The position numbers were made by a program, and so were the translations under genes. From an uncultured Pseudomonadales bacterium (GTDB taxonomy: Bacteria > Pseudomonadota > Gammaproteobacteria > Pseudomonadales > Azotimanducaceae): 64,000 nucleotides of DNA. The stretch lies in contig OY282379.1 of the NCBI GenBank assembly GCA_958295875.1, forward strand, positions 2,569,046 to 2,633,045, in the 5' to 3' direction. The notes beneath the pieces are model-generated. The model did not search any database, had not been told where the DNA came from, and saw nothing but the letters and a program-made list of their open reading frames with translations. This document shows positions 33,344 through 41,179 of this stretch, in pieces (the first letter of the stretch is position 1; each line of letters opens with the position of its first letter).

Positions 33344-34441
33344 TCAGACTCCAGTTAGGCTCGTCGTTTGCAGCAGTGAACGGTCATGTCTGCGTGTGTT
33401 GTTAGCGTCAATGCTCGTGCGCGTATCGAAATCTGAACGTGGCACCAGCTTGGTGGGTGACGTTCCGACCCAATCGAATGTCCTCCCGATGCTCGCTTCA
33501 AACGAGGCGACAGTGACTTCCCACGACGGGGGCAGGGTAGTGGCGGCGGCCGTCTGATCAAAGTAGTCTACATGATTAAGCACTAGGTGGGTCGCGCCGT
33601 TGGCGTCAATAGCCTCCTTAACGATGGCTGGATCGAATCGTGCCACGCGGCGGACGCACTTGGTCACCGATGAAAGCTCGGATAGGTGCGCGCGACCACA
33701 ATTGATGCCGATAGTGCGCCAGTCGGTCTCGAATGGCAGCGGGCCGGAGTTGCCGCTCACTCGGATCGGGAAGGCCCGCGCAACGAGGACAATGCAGTCA
33801 ACCTCAACAGGGCTAAGTCCGGCTTCGGCGACGAACGCGGCGGCAGTGGTATTGCGGCTCGTAACGTAGGGGTAATGGCTCGATAGAAGGTTGGAGAGCC
33901 CGAAGCCTTGTGTGCCCTCGATTAGAACACGCTCTCCGCGATCCAAGGCGGCCCGGATCAGCGGGCGGGTGGGCCGAACGAAACGGGCGATATAGCTATC
34001 GTCGGAAGCCCAATGCACGGCGTTGGAACGTGAGACTCGATCCATTACTGCTGCGCCCGTGCCGCTAGCGGTCGATCCGATCCGAGCCCTAAGCGCTGAG
34101 CTTCTCTCCTTGCTCTTATGCTCGTCGGTGATGACCATCGCACGTGGATCTATCACCAGCCTGTCTCGAGGGAGGTCGATGCGCTCCACGTCTTGCCGCA
34201 GCGCTTCGGCGTCAATGTAGGAGCCGGGGCCGAGCACGCATAGGGTATCTTGAAGGAGCGCGGCTGTTGGGAGGTGGCGGAAAACATGCCGGCGACCATC
34301 GCTGCCGTAGGCCGTATGGCCAGAGTTTGAGCCGCCCACGCGGATAACAATCGTGGCCTGTTGGTGCTGCGCCAAGAACAGCGCGACCTTGCCCTTGCCC
34401 TCAGAGCCAAACTGGGCGCCGGCTACCACGGTTACGGGCAT
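33344..34441 (-). CDS. Adenylosuccinate synthetase (PurA) family protein, divergent, PurZ-like active-site substitutions
   Basis: By-eye alignment to E. coli PurA gives these matches: FGSEGKGK vs PurA GDEGKGK; GGSNSGHT vs GGHNAGHT; IGSTASGTG vs IGTTGRGIG; EGTQGFGL...YPYVTS vs EGAQG...YPYVTS. ATG at 34441 overlaps the upstream stop by 10 nt. Its stop abuts the next ATG. Confidence 0.75.
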   Translation of the reverse strand: MPVTVVAGAQFGSEGKGKVALFLAQHQQATIVIRVGGSNSGHTAYGSDGRRHVFRHLPTAALLQDTLCVLGPGSYIDAEALRQDVERIDLPRDRLVIDPRAMVITDEHKSKERSSALRARIGSTASGTGAAVMDRVSRSNAVHWASDDSYIARFVRPTRPLIRAALDRGERVLIEGTQGFGLSNLLSSHYPYVTSRNTTAAAFVAEAGLSPVEVDCIVLVARAFPIRVSGNSGPLPFETDWRTIGINCGRAHLSELSSVTKCVRRVARFDPAIVKEAIDANGATHLVLNHVDYFDQTAAATTLPPSWEVTVASFEASIGRTFDWVGTSPTKLVPRSDFDTRTSIDANNTRRHDRSLLQTTSLTGV

Positions 34442-36552
34442 TGGCCGTCTCTGCGAAGATGTGTCGTCACGATCTCGTCGCAGACACAAAGAGCGTGATG
34501 TTCTCCCTCGTTAGGGAGGATTTGATCCGCTAGCTGCCGCAGCTTTTCGACCCCCTGCTCAACATCATGGTGGCTTGTGTCGTCGAAGTCGGCATGAGGC
34601 CCGTTTCGCTGAACAAACCGCTGTCGTCGGACATCGGCGGACACATCAAGATGGACATGGGTGAACGCTGGGCCATAGCGCTCTAGCCAGAAAGCGCGGT
34701 CTTCCGGCCATCGCAGGCCATCCACAACGAACATCTGCCTGCTGTCGCCGTAACGGGCAAGCAGCTGGCGGTTGAGCCATCGTTGCCCTAACTCAACGTG
34801 GATACTCTGGCCGACCTCTTGGAGCGTCTGCCTAGTAGTGCCCCTGCCTTGCCTCACTGCCTCGTCTGCCACCACTTGGCTATAGCGACCATAAGTGAGG
34901 CCCCGCTTCTCCAACCCATGTGCGACGGTTGTCTTGCCCGAAGAAATCGGGCCACTGACGCCGACTACGAGCCGGCCGTGCCACTGCGTCTCCCGGCCCT
35001 CGTCGGAAACTCTCGGAATGATCAAGTAGTCTTCATCCTCGTTCCCTAGCGCCTCAAATCGGCCTGACCAGAAGAACAGCCCAACAATGGCGGACGTGAT
35101 GGCATCGAGCTCGTCGTGTTTGGGGTTGGCGTCCGGTGAAACCGAGCGTCCTTCAAGGCCAAAGCGGCGGAGACCCTCCTTCAATTGCACAAGGCTCGCC
35201 CGTTTTCGCGGGATGTCCATGATGTCTTGGGCGGCGCCGGGATAACTCTCTATCACCGGGATGCCCAAAGCCCGGATTTTGGCCGCTAAGCCCATGCCAC
35301 GATCAGTGAGTTTTTGCATGCTGGGGATCAAGCAGGGGTACACGTTGATGCCCCGGCGTTTCAACATACGCTCACACACCCGCATGATGCCAAATTCGGC
35401 GCGACCGGGGTCGTCGTCATCAACACGGATGCGGCCTCGCGGCAGCGAAAGTGGCGAGTCGATCGACACGAGCTGGGGTTTGATGGCGGCTATGGCCTCT
35501 AGCATCTCCGCGTCCGTTCTAACCATGCGCGTTTCGACGCGGCGGCCCTTGAGCTCGCACCATCCGGATGGTCGGTGCTCCGAGCCGGTGAGGTCGATGC
35601 CGATCACAGTAATGGCATCACCACGAATGTAGTCCACTAAGTCCTCGTAGGTCGCCTTGGGGCCAGTTCGGCCTCGGAACTGCGGCACGTCAATGACGTT
35701 GATGCCTTTGGCGCCACGCTTGAAACATACCGACGCCCTAGCAGACGCGAATGGAGCGGGCGGATTAAGTCGCTGATTCTCGCCGAGGCGCCGGATGGTC
35801 TCGTCGAGGATGGCCTTCATGCCTTCCACATCTGAATGGTTGTATTGGACCAAATCGTGGCCAGCGCGTAAGTCGCCATTCCTGTACTCGTACCAGAGCC
35901 GCACGGCATCCGCACCAGTGGCATCGCTGATTTGCTCGGGACGTTCAAAGCGCAACTCGCGCTCGATCTTCTTTTGGCCGCCCTTCAATTGCGCCCGCCG
36001 GGCGAAGTAGCGTAGGTCAACATGTGCGCGAGGCAGGTTTGCGCCGCTTTCTAGCCTCGCCAGAAACTTCAAATCGAAAGCTGTGCCGTTAAACGTAACG
36101 AGACACTTGGCGTCGTTCAACAGATCATGCCAGACGCCTGCGGACGTATCTGGGAACCAACAGGCGTAGCGCTTGCCCCTCGATAGGCCGATCAGCGTGA
36201 TTTCGTCGTAGTAGAGGCTCAGGCCGGTCGTCTCGATGTCCAAGAACACGGTGTCGTCTGGGAAGGTTGTGGCTATTCTGTAGTGCTCTCGAGATGGGAG
36301 CCTAGCGGCGAAGTAGTCCGCGTCCTTGTCGGAGAGCGCATATCGGGAAGCTTCGATGGCAGCCAAGCAGTCGTCGCGAGCGGGAGCGAACAGATCGGCT
36401 GGCGGCCGGCGGGCTTCTTCGAGATCAGACCAAGTTAGGATGCCCTCTCCCCACAAGCGCCTCTCCGTGCGCAGGCCGATCCTAGGGAGGTGGATGAACG
36501 TATGTTCGAGCGGGCAGCGGTTCAACTCCACGTCATCCTCGTCTTGCCCCAA
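34432..36552 (-). CDS. Three-domain fusion: YprB-like RNase H-fold 3-5 exonuclease, DUF429-like RNase H-fold domain, and P-loop nucleotide kinase-like domain
   Basis: Exonuclease domain: VFLDIETTGLSLYYDEITLIG, LVTFNGTAFDLKFL and YNHSDVEGM (DEDD-like). DUF429-like domain: VIGIDLTGSE...HDELDAITSAIVG. Kinase-like domain: VVGVSGPISSGKTTVA...VVDGLRWPED. The start is TTG at 36552. Confidence 0.75.
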   Translation of the reverse strand: MGQDEDDVELNRCPLEHTFIHLPRIGLRTERRLWGEGILTWSDLEEARRPPADLFAPARDDCLAAIEASRYALSDKDADYFAARLPSREHYRIATTFPDDTVFLDIETTGLSLYYDEITLIGLSRGKRYACWFPDTSAGVWHDLLNDAKCLVTFNGTAFDLKFLARLESGANLPRAHVDLRYFARRAQLKGGQKKIERELRFERPEQISDATGADAVRLWYEYRNGDLRAGHDLVQYNHSDVEGMKAILDETIRRLGENQRLNPPAPFASARASVCFKRGAKGINVIDVPQFRGRTGPKATYEDLVDYIRGDAITVIGIDLTGSEHRPSGWCELKGRRVETRMVRTDAEMLEAIAAIKPQLVSIDSPLSLPRGRIRVDDDDPGRAEFGIMRVCERMLKRRGINVYPCLIPSMQKLTDRGMGLAAKIRALGIPVIESYPGAAQDIMDIPRKRASLVQLKEGLRRFGLEGRSVSPDANPKHDELDAITSAIVGLFFWSGRFEALGNEDEDYLIIPRVSDEGRETQWHGRLVVGVSGPISSGKTTVAHGLEKRGLTYGRYSQVVADEAVRQGRGTTRQTLQEVGQSIHVELGQRWLNRQLLARYGDSRQMFVVDGLRWPEDRAFWLERYGPAFTHVHLDVSADVRRQRFVQRNGPHADFDDTSHHDVEQGVEKLRQLADQILPNEGEHHALCVCDEIVTTHLRRDGQCP

Positions 36553-36637
36553 AGGATGCCTCGTTCCGTTGTTGCACCATTTGTATCACGTTGATGCTGA
36601 TGAACGCAGCTCCGCAACGAAGCGGACGACCAGAAGT

Positions 36638-36727
36638 TGGCGGAGAGGCAGGGATTCGAACCCTGGGTGCCCAAAGGACACACCTGATTTCGAGTCAGGC
36701 CCGTTCGACCAACTCCGGCACCTCTCC
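36638..36727 (-). tRNA. tRNA-Ser (anticodon CGA), CCA encoded
   Basis: A 90-nt cloverleaf was folded by hand. Acceptor: GGAGAGG/CCTCTCC. Anticodon arm: CCTGA-CTCGAAA-TCAGG. Long variable arm: GTGTCC-TTT-GGGCAC. T arm: CAGGG-TTCGAAT-CCCTG. Confidence 0.9.
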
Positions 36728-36967
36728 GAGGCGCATTCTGCGCCAAGCTGCCACATGAGCGCAACGAGCCAGCGATGGGGGGCGGGGGCGAAGCGGGGTG
36801 GCGTCCGTGGGCGTGGGTATGGATCACGGAGGCCGGTCCGCTGCCTTGGCATGGCAGATGTCTTTGATTTGCGTGAGACATCCGCCCGGCGTGGCGTTTG
36901 AGCGGGAATTGGCCCGCCGGATGGCGCACAGTTGGCACCCCCGCAACCCCGACGACGCCCGAACCCG

Positions 36968-38119
36968 ATGCAGGCCAGCGACGCGCCGTACAAGGTGCTG
37001 TTCCAAGACCGGCGCCTCTTCGAGGAGACCGTGCGGCTCGTCGCCCCGCGGCTGGCCGACGGGCTGGACTTCGGCGCCGCCGCGTCGCTGGACAAGGAGC
37101 ACCTGACGGCGCTGTCGCGCACCCGCGTGCAGGACAAGCTGCGGCGCGTCGAGCGCAAGTCGGGGAAACTGGCGAACGGCCGCCGCCGCTACGTCCTGGC
37201 GCTGCTCGAGTTCCAGTCCGGCCACGACGCGGACATGGCTTGGCGGATGCGGGACTACCTGCACCTGGTGGAGTCCGGGCTGCGGCAGTCGGGCACGGCG
37301 CGGGCGGAGGGGGAGGTGCCGGGGATGCTGTCGGTCGTGGTCCACAACGGCGAGCGGCCGTGGCGGGCGTCGGCGGAGTGCGCCGGCCCGCTGACCGGCG
37401 ACGCTGAGCCGGCGCAGGTGCGGATGTATGCTACGGTGGACTTGCAGGTGCTGGCGCGGGGCGCGGACGGCGCGGGCCGGCGGCTGGTTCCGGGCGGCTG
37501 CCTGGCGACCTTGGCGGAGTTGGAGTCGTCGCCGGCGGAGGCCTTGCCGAAGCTGCTGCTGGAGGCGTTCCGGCGCCACGCTGGGGCGGGTTCGTCGGAG
37601 TTCCGCCGCGGGCTGCACCTGCGGGTGGAGTCCGCGCTGGAGCGGCGCGGTGTGGCGGCGGGCCTGCCGTCGCTGGCAGATTTCGAGCGGGCGCTCACGG
37701 AGAGAGGAGGAGAGCGGATGACGGCGATGTTGGACGCGACGCTGGCGCGGTGGAAAGAAGCAGAGGTCGCGCAGGGCGTGGAGCGGGGCTTGGCTCAGGG
37801 CATTGAGCGCGGCCGGGCGCAAGGCATGGAACAAGGCTTGGAGCGCGGTTTGGCCCAAGGCGTGGAGCGCGGTTTGGCTCAGGGCATTGAGCGTGGTCGG
37901 GCACAGGGCGTTGAGCGTGGCCTAGCCCAAGGGCGCGTGGCCCTGCTTGGGCGGATGGCCGAGCGGCGCTTCGGCGCGGGCGTGGCGGGCCGTGTGGCGG
38001 CGCTGTTGGCGGACGAGACGGACCTGTCGCGCTTGGACGAGGCCGGCGAATGGCTGCTCGAGTGCGAGACTGGCGAAGCGCTGCTCGTGCGGCTCCGAGG
38101 GCGTCCGCCCCAAGGCTGA
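36968..38119 (+). CDS. Rpn family recombination-promoting nuclease / putative transposase (YhgA-like), paralog type 2, copy B
   Basis: It is near-identical to 24540..25607 over the first 250 codons, then carries a longer AQG[VIM]E[RQ]G[LR] repeat tract before the DUF4351-like end. Confidence 0.8.
   Translation: MQASDAPYKVLFQDRRLFEETVRLVAPRLADGLDFGAAASLDKEHLTALSRTRVQDKLRRVERKSGKLANGRRRYVLALLEFQSGHDADMAWRMRDYLHLVESGLRQSGTARAEGEVPGMLSVVVHNGERPWRASAECAGPLTGDAEPAQVRMYATVDLQVLARGADGAGRRLVPGGCLATLAELESSPAEALPKLLLEAFRRHAGAGSSEFRRGLHLRVESALERRGVAAGLPSLADFERALTERGGERMTAMLDATLARWKEAEVAQGVERGLAQGIERGRAQGMEQGLERGLAQGVERGLAQGIERGRAQGVERGLAQGRVALLGRMAERRFGAGVAGRVAALLADETDLSRLDEAGEWLLECETGEALLVRLRGRPPQG
37705..37720 (+). 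promoter_or_regulatory. Internal in-frame RBS plus ATG inside Rpn gene
   Basis: AGGAGG at 37705..37710, a 7-nt spacer, then ATG at 37718, in frame (codon 251). Confidence 0.5.
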
Positions 38120-38215
38120 CGGCAAGCGCCATGGCCTGCGCCTGGAGTCCGCGCTGAAGCGTGGGGCTTGGCAGCGGGGCTACCGCGGGCGCTCGCGGAG
38201 AGAGGAGAAGAGCGG

Positions 38216-38509
38216 ATGACGGCGATGTTGGACGCGACGCTGGCGCGATGGAAAGAAGCGGAGGTCGCGCGGGGCGTGGAGCGTGGCTTGGCCCAGGGCG
38301 TTGAGCGTGGCCTAGCCCAAGGGCGCGTGGCCCTGCTTGGCCGGATGGCGGAGCGGCGCTTCGGCGCGGGCGTGGCGGGCCGTGTGACGGCGCTGTTGGC
38401 GGACGAGACGGACCTGTCGCGCTTGGACGAGGCCGGCGAGTGGCTGCTTGAGTGCGACACTGGCGAAGCGCTGCTTGCGCGGCTCGGAGGGCCTCCACCG
38501 TGCGGCTGA
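38216..38509 (+). CDS. Stand-alone Rpn C-terminal (DUF4351-like) module, 97 aa
   Basis: AGGAGA at 38203..38208, a 7-nt spacer, then ATG at 38216. It encodes MTAMLDATLARWKEAEVARG...LLGRMAERRFG...GEALLARL. Confidence 0.5.
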   Translation: MTAMLDATLARWKEAEVARGVERGLAQGVERGLAQGRVALLGRMAERRFGAGVAGRVTALLADETDLSRLDEAGEWLLECDTGEALLARLGGPPPCG

Positions 38510-38814
38510 CGGTGAGCGCTGTGGGCTGCGCTTGCGGGTGGAGCCCTTGCGACGAGAACCATGTCCCTGGGCGAGCGTCGGCGCTGGACAGCACCCCCCG
38601 CTTGACAAACCGTCGAACCCTCAAGACCCCTACGTCAAAGCCCACGGCCGCTGCCCGTCACAGCGGCCCCAGCTGACAAAAACGGTCGCACCTTGCCGCT
38701 GCAAAGAACCGCGCCAATCGAGCGCAACCATCCCACCCCGTGGTTTGACTCGCGGTGCCAAACGTCGCCTAATGCCCGCATTGAGCCACGAGCCGCGAGC
38801 TAGGGAGCGGGCGC

Positions 38815-39306
38815 ATGTCTAGGGTGCAATTGGCCATTGATGTGCCGGAGTTGAACGAAGCCATCCACTTCTACCGCCGCCTGTTGCGCACGGAGCCCCA
38901 CAAGGTGCGGCCCGGCTACGCGAACTTTGAAGTGGCAGACCCACCGCTCAAGCTGGTGTTGGTGGAAAACGGGCGTGGCGGCGCACTGAACCATTTGGGC
39001 ATTGAGGTGGGCGAGGCCGCGGAAGTCGCAAGCGAGACGCGGCGGTTGGCGGCGGCCGGCTTGGCGAACGAGGTGGAGAGCCAAGTGGTGTGCTGCCACG
39101 CCGAGCAGGACAAGGTGTGGGTGCGGGATCCCGGCGGCATTCGCTGGGAGGTCTATGCCATCACGGATGACAACCCGGACATGTTGGCGGCACCGGTGCC
39201 CGATGCTGTGCCGACGGATGCCGCCGCGGCGTCATCGGAGCCACGCGAGGCACCCGCAGCGGTGAGTCGCGAAGCGACGCAAGCGGTCTGCTGCGCGTCC
39301 GGCTGA
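38815..39306 (+). CDS. ArsI/CadI-family VOC metalloenzyme
   Basis: MSRVQLAIDVPELNEAIHFYRRLLRTEPHKVRPGYANFEVADPPLKLVLVEN, HLGIEV and the vicinal-Cys motif VVCCHAEQDKVWVRDPGG are typical of CadI/ArsI. Confidence 0.8.
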   Translation: MSRVQLAIDVPELNEAIHFYRRLLRTEPHKVRPGYANFEVADPPLKLVLVENGRGGALNHLGIEVGEAAEVASETRRLAAAGLANEVESQVVCCHAEQDKVWVRDPGGIRWEVYAITDDNPDMLAAPVPDAVPTDAAAASSEPREAPAAVSREATQAVCCASG

Positions 39307-39364
39307 CGCGCCATCGCGCAAGCGCTTGCCCAGACAAGGATTCGCCTAGAGGAGCACGAGAGAC

Positions 39365-40213
39365 ATGGCCGAAGCGGCATTGCAGAGCGAACTCGAAGTC
39401 TTCCCGCTCACGCCGAGCATCGGTGCCGAGATCCACGGCGTCGATTTGCGGCGCACGCCGGATGCGGCGCTCACCAACGCGCTGCGCCGCCTGCTCGTGG
39501 AGCACAAGGTGTTGTTCTTCCGCGATCAACCCCTCACGCGGGAACAGCATCTCGCACTCGGCCGCTGCTTCGGCGAACTGGAACTCTTCCCGTTCAGCAA
39601 GGCCCCGGAGGGTTATCCGGAGATCCTTGTGCTGGAGAACGATGAAAAGCGGCCTCCCTTCATCAACCGCTGGCACTCGGACGTGACGTGGCGGCGCGAG
39701 CCCTCGCTCGGTTCGCTGCTGCTCTGCCACGAGGCGCCGGCGGTGGGTGGCGACACCCTGTTCGCGGACATGGAAGCCGCGTACGACAACTTGGATGACG
39801 ACACCAAGGCTGAAATCGACGGCCGCTTTGCGCTGCACGATCATCATCCGTTCCGCGCGGGCATGAGGCGACACGGCGTGCCGGAGGAAGTGATTGAGGC
39901 AACCCGCGCGAAGTATCCGGTGGCGCGGCATCCGGTCGTGCGCACGCATCCGGAGTCTGGCCGCAAGTCGCTGTATGTGAACACGAACTTCACCACTGCC
40001 ATCGAGGGGATGGCGAAGGCAGCGTCAGACGCGCTGCTTGAGCGGCTCTATCGCCAAGCGGCCATTCCGGAGCACCAGTGTCGCTTCCGCTGGCGGCAGC
40101 ACTCGCTTGCCTTTTGGGATAATCGCGCCACGCAGCACTACGCCGTGGCGGACTACTTCCCCCACCGGCGGCGGATGGAGCGCGTCACCGTGGCGGGAGA
40201 CGCGCCCTTCTAA
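39365..40213 (+). CDS. TauD/TfdA-family Fe(II)/2-oxoglutarate dioxygenase
   Basis: It has GAEIHGVDL, WHSDVTW (HxD facial triad), GGDTLFADM and a C-terminal WDNRATQHYA. Confidence 0.85.
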   Translation: MAEAALQSELEVFPLTPSIGAEIHGVDLRRTPDAALTNALRRLLVEHKVLFFRDQPLTREQHLALGRCFGELELFPFSKAPEGYPEILVLENDEKRPPFINRWHSDVTWRREPSLGSLLLCHEAPAVGGDTLFADMEAAYDNLDDDTKAEIDGRFALHDHHPFRAGMRRHGVPEEVIEATRAKYPVARHPVVRTHPESGRKSLYVNTNFTTAIEGMAKAASDALLERLYRQAAIPEHQCRFRWRQHSLAFWDNRATQHYAVADYFPHRRRMERVTVAGDAPF

Positions 40214-40450
40214 GCCCAGCCCCTAAGCCCGCCCCCCTGCCAACGCCCTAGGCAGCGCCACATGCGTTGGTCTGTTGGCCGATGCCGCCAGATGCCAAAC
40301 AGGGTCTGGTGCCGAAGCCCGCCAACGCTCTGAGCAGCACAACGCCGGCCGAGCCGCGCACCGATCTCCTTGTGCGCCGTTGGCGATGAACGGGCCCAGC
40401 GCCAGACGCAGCGCGACGCCGCCGGCGCCACGCCACGAGCACTGCGGAAA

Positions 40451-41086
40451 CTAAGCCGCCGCGCTTGGTCGCGCAGCAACTTCCCCGTGCCAGCGCTTGA
40501 TGTTGGCGCACTCGTCCGGCACCGCCACCCGGGCGGCGCCGGTGGCGAAGTCCACCGAGCAGAGCGCGGTGATGTCGGCGATGCTGAACGTGTCTCCGGC
40601 CACAAAGCGCGAGTTGGCGAGGTCTGCATCGAGCTTTGCGTAGAAGCGGCTCACGGACGCCTTGCCACGTTCCACCAAGGCGGGAATGGCGTCTATCGGC
40701 CCGGCGTTGCCCGTCAGGCCGCGGTGCTTGAAGCCGGGAAAGGAGTTGCGAAACGCCTCCGCCGCCGCCAACAGCCCGTCGAACTCCATGTGGCGCTGGC
40801 GAGCCTCCACCTGCGCCTTGCTCACCGCATCCGTGCCCAACAGCGGCGGCTCTGGGTGAATCTCTTCAAGGTAGCGGCAGATGGCGACGGATTCATCGAG
40901 CACCGTGCCGTCGTCCAGCACCAGCGTTGGCACGAGCCCGCGCGGATTCACGGCGAGGAACGCCGCGTCGAGGTTCTCGCCCTTGATGATGTCCACCGGA
41001 ACGGTCTCGCAGGTCACGCCCTTTTCGGCCATGAACATGCGCACCCGGCGGGGGTTCGGCGCGAGCTTGCTGTCGTAAAGCTTCAT
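40451..41086 (-). CDS. Glutathione S-transferase
   Basis: It has MKLYDSKLAPNPRRVRMFMAEKGV and GLVPTLVLDDGTVLDESVAICRYLEE. ATG at 41086 lies inside the longer ORF. Confidence 0.85.
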   Translation of the reverse strand: MKLYDSKLAPNPRRVRMFMAEKGVTCETVPVDIIKGENLDAAFLAVNPRGLVPTLVLDDGTVLDESVAICRYLEEIHPEPPLLGTDAVSKAQVEARQRHMEFDGLLAAAEAFRNSFPGFKHRGLTGNAGPIDAIPALVERGKASVSRFYAKLDADLANSRFVAGDTFSIADITALCSVDFATGAARVAVPDECANIKRWHGEVAARPSAAA

Positions 41087-41179
41087 CGTTGCTCCTTTGA
41101 AGTGAGTGATTCCTTTGCGGGATGGCCAAGCAGGCGGGGCAGGGGCTGCAGGCACCGGCCCGCAACCCCTCGGGAGGCA

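Larger units (their letters stand above)
36829..38509 (+). repeat. Rpn locus repeat unit B (direct repeat of 24398..26061)
   Basis: It has the same leader, the same Rpn gene and the same architecture with a duplicated 3-prime module. The copy number of the 24-bp coding repeat differs. Confidence 0.85.

Noticed and set aside
31046-36552. Whether the island is a remnant of an aminoadenine (Z-genome) prophage.
   Set aside because: There is no polymerase, no MazG-type gene, no phage structural or lysis genes and no integrase. The HD protein is a full-length Dgt-type enzyme rather than a small DatZ-type one. The resemblance is functional logic only.
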